A stretch of DNA of 64,000 nt, taken from NCBI GenBank assembly GCA_951406725.2, contig OX597815.1, forward strand, positions 128,216,001 to 128,280,000. The letters are read 5' to 3'. The notes under the pieces were generated by a model. The model worked only from the letters and a program-made list of their open reading frames with translations. It had not been told where the DNA came from and made no database searches. How positions within the stretch are numbered: position 1 is the first letter of the stretch; every line of letters starts with the position of its first letter. Position numbers and translations under genes: made by a program. Origin of the DNA: Octopus vulgaris (lineage: Eukaryota). Of the stretch, positions 38,196-50,083 are shown in pieces.

Positions 38196-41100
38196 TTAAC
38201 AGTCATTCATACACAAGAGATATTTTTAATTTGTTGTTCTTTTATTATTGCAGAGTAAAAGAAAACCATGTTAAAGGAGTAATGGACAATTTGCTAGAAA
38301 GTCAATGGTTCATATTCTGCCACTGCACCTTGGCCAACACATCTTTTAACTCTTTCAGTCCAACAATGATAAGTACCACCCCACAACTAAAAAGTTATCC
38401 CTAAAATTTCAAATCGTATGGAATGGGTTCTTTTACAAAACCCTGTCCACTTCTATGCACTCTCTTAACCAGTATTTCACGGAAACTGCTAGGATTTCTA
38501 TATTCCCATTTAGGTCTTTATTTTATACAAAATGTGTGTGTGTGATGCAAGAAATACAGAAAAAGACAAGGTAAAAAAAAACACAGAATTAGGTTGATGC
38601 TCAAGAAATTGGAAAAAAAGGAGAAAAAGTCTTTTTCATTTTGAGTATCCACTCATATTCTGGAATTTAAGACAGACAAAGTGAGAAAAGAATGGAGAAG
38701 GAAAAATTGAGAAATACAAGCACATGTGCAGGCATGGTTGTATGGCTAAGAAGTTTGCTTCCCATTGCATGGTACCTTGGCCAAGGATCTACTATAGCCC
38801 CAAGTTGACCAAAGCCTTGTAATAGAATTTGGTAGACAGAAACTGGAAGAAGCTTAATGTATATATGTATGTGCAATGTGTATTTTGTTCACATATATTC
38901 CAAATATCATGAGCTACAAGTCATAATGCTATAGTCATTTCTCCCGTGAACAAACTATCCACTGGCTTTGTGCCTTCAAAGGTGTGTGAAATAAATCCTT
39001 TACTTAAAACACAGGTGAAGCTTAATAACAGCAGGGATGTCTAGCAATATTGCAATTCCTCAATAATGTATTTGTCAAATCCATGCCAGCATGATCGTCA
39101 TCATTTTAACATGCATTTTCTCATGCTTGCACGAATCAAATGGAATTTGTCACAGCAGATTTTTCAACATGTGAATTCCTTTGGAAAACTGGAAATGAAC
39201 AATGCTTGGTTACATCTGTCACACAATGTCAAGAGGAGGATGGGGGAACATTATACAAACACAAGTGTGTGTGTGTGTAATGTTCCCCTCCTCCTGACAT
39301 GTATACATATATAAATATATACACACGAATCCAGTAACATGTCCTACACCACAAAAAAGTGGGATCAGTGTAAAATTATTAGATGTGTTGTTAGTTTACA
39401 GTACTAGGTTCTTGGTATCCTACCAATCTGGTGAAAACAATAGGAACCCAATGAACTAAAGTCTTCCTTAAAATTGTCTAAATACTGAGTTAACAGAAGT
39501 CACTTTTGACTCATTGGCTGACTAATAACTATTATAGTCTATGTCACTACCTAAGTGTCTTGTTTGATTCATGATGACATAAACATTCATAAACAAAACG
39601 ATTCAAGAGACTTTCTCTATTAAGAGATGAAGTAAGATTAAAATAATTAACAGAGAGGCAAGTTCAGTATTACAACAAACACATCATCCCCCTTCCCAGC
39701 ATAAATTAGAAGACAGGGAAATGTAAGAACAACTTTATATTATGTAAGTATTGCAACCAGTATGCACAAGACAATGTAACTTAATTTGACATGGGTTGGT
39801 ATTGAATCAGCACTTTGAATTTCTTTGAGTGACAAGAAAGGAATTATGAGCAACATCACACTGCTAATAGATTTGATCCTTGACACCCTCAAAGAACATA
39901 ATGCAGAACCTCATCCTATTTTTAACCCTTGATATATAGCAATGTATGAATGTGCAACGTTATAAATTTCATAACTCAAGTAATAATAGTAAAACATCTC
40001 AAACACTGAACAAATGAAGAAAATAGCATACAAGTTATATATATAGGTATGTATCATCATTTAAAGTCCATCCTCCATGCTAGCATGGGTGGGACAGTAC
40101 CACAAGAGCTGACCAGGCTGAAGCCTGCACCAGACTTCTGTGACTGTTTTCGCAGGATTTGTATGTATGTATAAATGAATACACACACACACATTTTCAT
40201 ATCCACTATACTCTCTTCCTATACTATCCTATACTCTCTCCTGAAACAGGAGTGGTCATGTAGCTCATCTTCAGCAAGAAACTTGTTCTGCTCTGATCCA
40301 TTTCCCCTCAAACTCAACCCCTTTTCTATGGTTTATTTTCCAGCATAAAGTTTCCCACTCCCCACCTGAGGTTTGTCGTCTTGCAAGCTGTATGGCAACT
40401 TCCTTACTGTTGGCAGCATGGAAAAAAGCACCCAGTTCACACTGTAAGGTGGCTGATATTAAGAGAGGCATCCAACTGTAGAAAACATGCCAAACAGACA
40501 CCGTTTCACCTCGCTGTGAAAAAGTATCGGATGTGCCACTATGAGATTGCTGACAATTTTTCAGTTAGCAGTGTTGAGCTTAAAACTTCCTGATACAAAT
40601 TACAGAGGGATAGATAGGATTTTACTATATTGATCCACCTCAACTGCCCTACATGAAGACAAAGCTTTAAGTTGTGCTTTGATGAGCTATTGATTTCACC
40701 ACCATTCACCACTTGAAGTGAGCTGGGAATTACAAATGAAGGCCAAATATCCATTCTTATTTCTTTCAGCATTTGGTAAATTCTTGCAATCAAATTGTGA
40801 TTGTGTTTAATTTCTTTTATGATGCTGATTTCACAATTCTTGAATAGGACTTTCTTAATTCTGCTATCAAGCTAATTATATATGAACATACACAGCTAAA
40901 CTCATCTCATCCTCTTCAAATGACAAGCCTCGTTAACATTTATCACACCATTCTTGACCATATCATATTCCCTTACATTATATTGTATCATCATGAAAAA
41001 AGTGTGACACACTGAATAATGTGATCCAAGGTATACAATTCCAAAAAAAGGATGGAATGGAATACTGACCAGGAGCTAAACCATAACAACAAAGCCATCA

Positions 41101-42699
41101 ATTCCAAAGTAGGATTATTAACAGTACAATTACCATAGTAGCTTAGTCTCCTCCCAATAATGCCCTACTGTCATCAAAAAAGGAAGGACACATTAGATAA
41201 TATAGCCATAGATACTCTATGTCTAAAAAAAAAAAGATGCTGTCTGACCTGGGGTAAAGTAGACTTAGGCTAAACAACAACACACAATTCTGGCTTGCAA
41301 ACTATTTCTCAAATTGTCAAGCATATGTAGTATCAAAGAATACTTAAAGAAACTGGAAGTTCTTTTTTTTTATTATAAAGTACCATAAGGATCTATTTTT
41401 ACACTAACTCTTTAATCTACATCTACTGAAACAATTCCCCATATCACCACAAAACACATACAGCTGAGCCAATGAAAAAGTGTTTATGCAGTCACTCGAA
41501 GCACCAAATACAACAACCAAATTCCTCAGAGTAAACCCTGATGCCTCATCACCACTATCTTCACTTATTTTCCAGCTGAAGTAGCCATATATCTCCTCTA
41601 CATGATACCTGTTCCTTCCTCTATTATATTTTAACCTCTAATCACCTGGTGTTAGGCCACATCCCTCAATACTACACCTCCACTCAGTTGAGAGGCTTTG
41701 TCTTGCTAGTCACTTGGTCATCTCATTAGTGCCAGTGTCACAAAAAGCATCCAGTACACTCTGTAAAGTAGTTGGCATTGGGAAGAGCATCCAGCAACAG
41801 AAACCATTCCAAAGCAGACACTGGAGTTTAGCACAGCCTGTCCTGTGCACCAGACATTAAATGATGATGATGATGAACACATTGTTTTTTTAATCAAATC
41901 TATCTAATCAAGGCTACACGATAAACCACACGACTACTCCAAAACTATAACAGTCACCTAGGAACCTAACTCCAAAATAACAGCGCCTATCAAATTCAAT
42001 GACTCCTTTCTTACTAGAAACACTAGAGAGCATCAAATACAACCAACTATCACACCCAAGTGCAACAATATTTACAGCATGTATAGAAGCAAAGAAAACA
42101 ACATATAAACAACACACTCACAGACACAGCAATCTTTATCTACAAAGAACACATTAGATTCTTAGTGGATTTTGCAAGACCTACCTCAGACTTCAATCTC
42201 TAAACAAGAACATACAACAGTGCACCCCATACTTAAAATGAAAAATTTGGAAAAACATGTGCATAATATATTCCAGTAGCAAGTTCCAGACCTAACAATC
42301 ATTACCATTCTATGCAAACTTACTCTTAAACACAGACACATCTTTCAGTTGTCTTAAAATCATTATTCCTTCCACTCAGTCTTTGCAAACAAACATGTAC
42401 TCACAGTAAAATAAAATGAAAAAAAGCATAGTATTTGAAAAACTTAAAATACTATCCTGAGATAAACCACTAACGGTAAGTACAGAGGAACAGTAAATGT
42501 CAAGCCCTGACCAAGTCCACCTTGCCCATTTCAACCATGGCTACAACAAGAAGCTATATGTGTACAGGTATATGAATAAATAAGAGTGCCTCTATACTGT
42601 TGTATGATCTGCAACAAATGGCAGACAAATACTCCTCAAGTCATACTGCATGCTTTTAAAGGGGTAAAAACACATAAGAAAATGCACTTTCTAATATTA

Positions 42700-43165
42700 A
42701 AAAAGATGGAGGTAATGTTTGAAAAGGGTAGACCCAAAATGTGGAACAAAGTGGTGAGAAAAGATCTTCAGACATTGGGTCTCACACAGAGGATGACAAA
42801 GGACAGAGACTGCTGGTGGTTTGCTGTGCTTGAGAAGACACATCAAGCTAAGTTAAATTGTGGTTCTAACATACAGGTATATTCTCTACATACCTCTTCA
42901 ACTGAGTGATCCTAATCTTGCAGGCTTGTGGGTGCTGGTGTTACATAAAAAGCATGTAGGTACCATGTAAAAGCACCCATGCTGGTGCTGCATAAATGCA
43001 CCTATTACACTCTGTAAAGTGGTTGATGTTAAGGAAGGGCATCCAGCTGTAAATACCATGCCAAAACAGACATGGAGTCTGGGCAGCTCTTCAGCTGCTT
43101 AGCTCCTGTCAAACTGTCCAACTCATACCAGCATGGAAAACAGACATTCAACAATGATGATGATG
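42700..43165 (+). mobile_element. Degenerate RTE LINE 3' end
   Basis: GRPKMWNKVVRKDLQTLGLT..MTKDRDCW and the shared tail. Confidence 0.75.
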
Positions 43166-45084
43166 GATCAGTCATAGCTAAAATGCCTTTGATCATAAGT
43201 CTGCTCAATAACTACAAGCGTACAGAAGCTCACAGGAAGAGAGTGAAGTATATATAGTCACACTGATGTAAACATGAATAACGAGTACATGTCTGATGTG
43301 AGATATAGTACACCTGGAGTAATAGGTCACAACTACTCATTAGATTGACTACCAATGTGCAATAATGATGTAACATCTGGCTGCTTAACTCATTAGATAG
43401 TACCCAAATCTCCTCAAATCATACCATACCATGTTAAAAAGGGAAGAACCTATATTAAAAATGCAGTCTGAAGATGTACCAGGTCAGGAAAAAAAAATGT
43501 GATTGACACAGCTGGAATGTCTCCAATCATAATTCTGCTGCATCAGAGCTGACAAAAGGCTTAACAACTAGTCACACAGAATGATTCTAATATTGATGCA
43601 TCTTTTGTGATACAGTCAGACCATGACTGACAAGTCCAATCCATGCAAGCATGGACATAAAATTATGATGATGAGAATTTCAATTGAAATTTTTGTATTT
43701 TCAATATTTTCATTTCAATAAATTAAGTATTTTAACACTTCCAAATTGGTAAAACAATCCATACCTTTTGTTTGTTATTGGATTGCAGCCATGCTGGGGC
43801 ACAGCCTAGTAGAGTTTACTTCAACAAATCAACTCCAGTACTTATTTTTATTTTAAATTTGGTACCTATTCTATCAGCCACTTTTACCAAACCATTAACC
43901 TATGGGGACATAAAACAAAACAACACCAGTTGTCAAGCAGTGGTAAGGGACAAACACAAATACATACACACACACATACATACATGACAGATTTCCAGTT
44001 TCCATCAAACCCATTTACAAGGCATTGCTCGACCTGAGGCTGTAGCAGCAGATATTTGTCCAAGGCACTGCACAATGGAACTGAACCTGTTTCTAACCAC
44101 ACAGGAATTTTCAAGATCTGAACCAAAATCAACTTGTCAACTCCATTACATAGTTATGCAACAAGTATTATTTACTATTAAGAGTGCAAGAAATAATTAT
44201 TCGGTTAATTAATGAAAAAAAATTCACAGAATTTCACTCTTTTATAGGCATATTTAACATAATCTATTTCCATTATGAATTGTCATGTGAGAGAACAAAA
44301 CCTCTCATGCTATTTAGGAATTGTTTAATATCATTTGTTAGGAACTGAGATAAGAATGGGAAGTAAATGGAAAACAGAAAGGATACCTAAACAGTAAAAT
44401 AAAAAAAAAATAAGCATCCATAAGAAAAGTTAAACTATCCTATGCATATTTCTGAAATTGCATAACTATCATTTCCTTCTCTTCATGAAGAAAAAGAAGT
44501 TATACTTCTCATTTAGTAGTTTTTAGATAAAAGGCCAGATAATCATAGGACTAATTGTATTTCAATAGACAAAGCTCTCTCACTCAATCCTCAAGTAGTA
44601 TAGCAGCAGCAGTTATGGTTGTTGTCAATTTGTCAAGTCAACTGATTGAGCAAACAAAGCTCTGATCAAAGGCATTCCAGTCGTGACCACCCAGTGTTTT
44701 TAGTGGTATTTAGGACATCATTCTTTGTGTTCAGTGTTTAAGATGATGGTGGTGGTGGGGGGTAATTTAAGGAAGAATCTTTTTTAAATTTTGCTGCTAC
44801 TTTTAGCAGGTTAACAATCCCTGAGGGCAGTAAGTAGCAGGAAAAGTATACCTTTTAAGAAATATATTACAGTAAATGATGTATCATATTAGCATAAGAC
44901 CACAGATTTGTGAGGAGTATAGTCAATTACATCAATCCAAGACATGCTTAATACTGTGATGAATGGTAAAACTGATCCAGTAAAATTATACATACCACAG
45001 GTCCAAGAAACTACTGAATATACACAAGAGGAACAAAGATCTGACTTTATAGAATACTTTAAAAGGTTTAGTAAAACAAACAGG

Positions 45085-45316
45085 AGAAGCACCATCCGAA
45101 CATGGTCGATGCCAGTGCTGCCTGCCTGGCTCCCATGCCAGTGGTATGTAAAAAGCACCCACTACACTCTCGGAGTGGTTATCGTTATGAAGGGCATCTA
45201 GCTTTAGAAAACTTGCCAGATCAGATTGGAGCCTGGCACAGCCTACTAGCTTGCCAGTCCCCAGTCAAACTGTCCAACTTATGCCAGCATAGAAAACAGA
45301 CATTAAACGATGATGA
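45085..45316 (+). mobile_element. RTE LINE 3'UTR fragment
   Basis: AAAAAGCACCCACTACACTCTCGGAGTGGTT...CATTAAACGATGATGAT. Confidence 0.8.
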
Positions 45317-46209
45317 TTGTAATCAGCAGACAGTTACAAAAGTGACTCAAGTGGAGTTTCATGAAAAGAATTTTGTCTAAGGCACTTATAGTACCTTAGA
45401 CGAAATTCTTGGGTCCTGATTCATTTTTGTAACTTTCTACCAACTAAAAATTTAAAATAAAAGAGATTACAGTAATATTAATCTTCCAAAAAGCAATGGT
45501 GTATGGCCAAGACAAGAAAATGCCAAACTAGATGCTTTACTTAAACTTGGCCTTGTATCTTTGTTTTCAATTCAATCAGCTAAGCTCATCCCTCCAACAC
45601 AAAACTGACCTTGTACCATAACAAAATGACTTGATAATCCAATTAAAATACCTAATTGCTTACATATTAATTTCTAAATCATAAGCAAAGGATTAAGCTT
45701 CCCAGTGAGCTGAATCAGTGACTCAGTTGTAAACAATTCATTTTGTTTAAGCTGACTATTTCTCGTAAAAGCTATAATCAACCATTTTCCTTAGACTGTA
45801 ATTCCAAAAGCTTAGCTGCAATTATATATTTTTAAAAATCTGAAATTGCAAAACCTTGCAATTTCATGCTCAATTTTATGTTTAAACACTTCCTAAGCTA
45901 AAACTTCGAAGTTACTGTCAATCTTTATCTTGTATAAAATTAATAATGTACTCTATTAAAAAGTATTGAGTGACCCTTCAATTTAATGTCAAATTGTTTT
46001 TGTAACCTCACATAAAACAAGCATTACATATGTGCGTTTGTGTGTGTGTGTGTATTAGTATAGAGTAGCTTGGGTGAAGCATTGTGATATAAAATTAGAT
46101 AAGAACCTGTTGAGACCGAAACAATGCAAAATGAATTACAAAAGAAAATACTAAGCAAAATTTCAATTAACATTCTGCTTTCACTTTTGTATTTCCTTTT
46201 GCAAAGTAT

Positions 46210-46580
46210 CTTTACTTGTTTCGGTCCTTAGACTGCGGCCATACCGGGGCACCGCGTTGAAGAATTTTTTAATCGAATGAATCGACCCCAGGACTTATTT
46301 TTCTTCAAGCTTAGTACCTATTCTATCAATGTCTTTTAGCCGAACCGCTATCAAGGGGATGTAAACAAACCAACACCGGTTGTCAGACGATAGTGGGAGT
46401 CAGACAAATACACACACACACACACGACGGGCGTCTTTCAGTTTCCGTCGACCAAATTCACTCAAGTATTTGGTCAACTTGAGGCTACAGTAGAAGACAC
46501 TTGCTCAAGAGCCACGCAAGTGGGACTGAACACGGAAGTATGTGGTTGGGAAGCAAACTTCTTACTATACAGCCATGCCT
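46210..46580 (-). mobile_element. Abundant SINE family, near full-length copy
   Basis: Reverse complement of the 5373 family including the head (GGCATGGCTGTATAGTAAGAAGTTTGCTTCCCAACC...GTTCAGTCCCAC); many CpGs retained. Confidence 0.85.
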
Positions 46581-46682
46581 ATATATATAGAGAGAGAGAT
46601 ACATACAGACGATCAAAGAGAGATGTAGATATATAATAAACGGCAACGCATGAAACTCGGCCCTTTAGTCACTCTAACTTAC

Positions 46683-46918
46683 TTTGCCGTTTATTGATTA
46701 CACAAACACAAGTCATGACTTCAGAGAGGTAACCCACTGACCGTTTTCCCATAACTCTTAAAAATACGTATTATTAATGAAATGTTCCAGAGATACATTT
46801 TAGGTGGTGTACAAGACTATAATTATGTGGCGAGGACATGAAAAAAAAAATTATAAACAAGGAAGGAGGAGATCTTCCCCTCCTCCTCGCCGGTTGTAAT
46901 TTCTTTCCTGAATCCATG
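46683..46918 (-). other. Candidate non-coding 5' exon of TFG
   Basis: The first coding exon starts with an acceptor, so a 5'UTR exon must lie upstream. Here a GTAAGT donor (46682-46677) and a long pyrimidine tract plus AG (about 46980-46919) bracket CpG-retaining unique sequence. Tentative. Confidence 0.3.
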
Positions 46919-47731
46919 CTATAGACTTTGCAGACGAAAAACAAAAATTGGAAGAGAAGAAATGGCAAAAACAAGAGAGATAATTAGATGAAAGGATTAA
47001 GTTATTGCGATTTAAGATAAGTTTGTTAGTGGAGAAAATTTTGGAGAATGATGATGATGCCACTCAGCCTAATTTAAATCATGTTGGGGTACCTTTTACT
47101 AATGAAATATTACCTGAAATATAATTTAAGACAATGAGGAATTAGAAATATAAGAGCAGTGTATTTCTTAATTAAATTACATGGCAAGAATAAAAGTGAA
47201 AGGTAACTTATGGTTCTAGGAGTTAATCTAATGAATTTCAGAACCAAAATTGAGTTTATATCACTATATACTGATTTTGAAAATTACCTTTCTAATATGC
47301 TACAATAATGGATCTAAAAATTAAATAAAACCAAAACATATAAATACAAACAAGATAAAACGGCTCTTTTTAACCCTAAGTAATATGTAATGTTTCGTGT
47401 TATTTTAAGAAAATCTTGTGACAACACATATCGGATTTGGTACGTCCCACTAAATTTGTCTGAGTCAGGTTAAATTAGTGGACTTGATTTTTTAAAAATA
47501 AGTTAATTATTTGTTAATAATATCAGTAATTATCTTCAAATTTAAATAATTTATAGCATATAAACAAATTCTAAATAAATATTGGTTCTAATATTATAAG
47601 CATCATCTTACAAGCTCAGGCACTTACAGGAACACACACGCAAATTGAATAACACAGTTACTTTATTTTTTTAAATATATCAAAATAACGTTTGAAATGG
47701 TACTTGTCAATTGTCGTGGTCCCGGTTTTGC

Positions 47732-47838
47732 ACACGCGAATTCGCGCGCGCGCGCGCGTCAGACGTAGGTACTCGATACTCGAGATCCTACGAGGTGACT
47801 TGCGCATGCGCAGTGCAGAATTCGCGCGTGCGCGTTAA
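47732..47838. promoter_or_regulatory. CpG-dense subterminal module with (CG)8 and NRF1-type palindrome TGCGCATGCGCA (left arm; mirrored at about 50441-50547)
   Basis: Sequence ACGCGAATTCGCGCGCGCGCGCGCGTCAGACGTAGG...CCTACGAGGTGACTTGCGCATGCGCAGTGCAGAATTCGCGCG in an otherwise CpG-poor window. Regulatory function is inferred. Confidence 0.4.
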
Positions 47839-48161
47839 CCCCCTCCCCCCAAAAAAAGGTGTTGGATTTCACTAAAAATATATGTGTGTGTGTGTGTGTG
47901 TGTGTATATATAACATTTTCAATTTTACACAAAAAATTACATAGTCGCTTTCCTCGCGGATTTACAGAGAAATGAATTAATTACTATTTTACAGAATAAA
48001 ATTAATGAATTAATTATATAAATTAAATAATTCTTGAAAATTAATTAATATTAATAATATTTTTTGAACAAAGTAAATAATTTATAAAACTTGGTTAATA
48101 ATTTTTTTTACACAAACGCGAACGTATATAATTTGGTAAACTTAATGAATTAATTTCTTCT

Positions 48162-48583
48162 CATCATCATCATCGTTTAACGTCCGTTCTCCATGCCACC
48201 ATGGGTTGGACGGTTCGACCGGGGATCTGGGAAGCCAGAAGGCTGCACCAGACTCCAGTCTTATCTGGCAATGTTTCTACAGCTGGATGCCCTTCCTAAC
48301 GCCAACCACTCCGAGAGTGTAGTGGGTGCTTTTTACATGCCACCCGCACAGGTGCCAGGAGAGGCTGGCAACGGCCACGGTCGGATTGGTGCCAGTCGAG
48401 GCGGCTCTGGCATCGGCCACGATTCGGATAGTGCTTTTTACGTACCACCAGTCCAGGGGTCCTGGCATTTGCCGGGTGCCACACTTGCCCCAACATGTCT
48501 TCGCAAGCAAAGGGGGTTGGCATGGGTGCCTGTCGTGGGATGAGGTTCGATATCAACTTCGCTTGCCTCAACAGGTCTTTGTG
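48162..48583 (-). mobile_element. 5'-truncated RTE LINE 3'UTR inside the left inverted arm
   Basis: Matches the 3'UTR of the LINE at 35861-37836 (CACAAAGACCTGTTGAGGCAAGCGAAG...GGACGTTAAACGATGATGATGA). Confidence 0.9.
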
Positions 48584-49660
48584 TATAAATGTATAAATTT
48601 TTCGCACTAAATTCTTTCCGTAGAATTTATAAAAAAACGCGCAAAATTATTCCGTAGACTTTATCAAATTAAAAAACGCAAAATTAATATATTTTTGAAA
48701 TTGCAAATTATTTAGAATATAAAACAAATTAAGTTAAATTTTAAAAATAAATGTCATATACTTATACTCTGTAAGGTGCTGTGTTCACACTTCAATTTAC
48801 TATTTTCTAGAAATGTTGCTTTTCTAATTGAAACAATTTTTCTCAATCTCCATTTAAAAGTCCATAATGCCTCATGAGCCATATCAAAATGAACAACTTT
48901 GAATTACCCGGTGGTGGTGGTGTGAGGTTCTAATTTTTTTCTGATCTCTCTTTGCCCCCCCTAGATGGAGGTGTGGTGGGGAGACAGATGAAAGATGTTT
49001 CATTCTCTACTATATATGTATATATATATCTATATATCTATATATATATATATATATCTATATATCTATATATATATATATATATATTTCTTAAACCTAC
49101 ACGATATAGTCTATAAATTTGGGATGTTTTTGAAAGATAATATATTTTGTCATCAGAATATATATACTTTCTCACACTACAATTAAGATATATTTATTTT
49201 AAATCGTTCATCTTTTCCCGCGACAACAAAAATTGGGCGCGAAAATTTTTCTAAATATTAGCTGAATGAACAACTGAGATAAAGAGGGGGCAAAGAGAGA
49301 TCAGAAAAAAAATTAGAACCTCACACCACCACCGGGTAATTCAAAGTTGTTCATTTTGATATGGCTCAAGAGGCATTATGGACTTTTAAATGGAGATTGA
49401 GAAAAATTGTTTCAATTAGAAAAGCAACATTTCTAGAAAATAGTAAATTGAAGTGTGAACACAGCACCTTACAGAGTATAAGTATATGACATTTATTTTT
49501 AAAATTTAACTTAATTTGTTTTATATTCTAAATAATTTGCAATTTCAAAAAATATATTAATTTTGCGTTTTTTAATTTGATAAAGTCTACGGAATAATTT
49601 TGCGCGTTTTTTTATAAATTCTACGGAAAGAATTTAGTGCGAAAAATTTATACATTTATA

Positions 49661-50083
49661 CACAAAGACCTGTTGAGGCAAGCGAAGTTGATATCGAACC
49701 TCATCCCACGACAGGCACCCATGCCAACCCCCTTTGCTTGCGAAGACATGTTGGGGCAAGTGTGGCACCCGGCAAATGCCAGGACCCCTGGACTGGTGGT
49801 ACGTAAAAAGCACTATCCGAATCGTGGCCGATGCCAGAGCCGCCTCGACTGGCACCAATCCGACCGTGGCCGTTGCCAGCCTCTCCTGGCACCTGTGCGG
49901 GTGGCATGTAAAAAGCACCCACTACACTCTCGGAGTGGTTGGCGTTAGGAAGGGCATCCAGCTGTAGAAACATTGCCAGATAAGACTGGAGTCTGGTGCA
50001 GCCTTCTGGCTTCCCAGATCCCCGGTCGAACCGTCCAACCCATGCTGGCATGGAGAACGGACGTTAAACGATGATGATGATGA
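49661..50083 (+). mobile_element. 5'-truncated RTE LINE 3'UTR inside the right inverted arm (mirror copy)
   Basis: Reverse complement of 48162-48583 with the same junctions; the ORF track shows identical mirrored spurious ORFs, with one substitution (MPPW vs MPAW). Confidence 0.9.

Noticed and set aside
48193-50051. Mirrored ORFs of 77-116 aa in the inverted arms
   Set aside because: They are readings of a non-coding LINE 3'UTR and have no transposase motifs.
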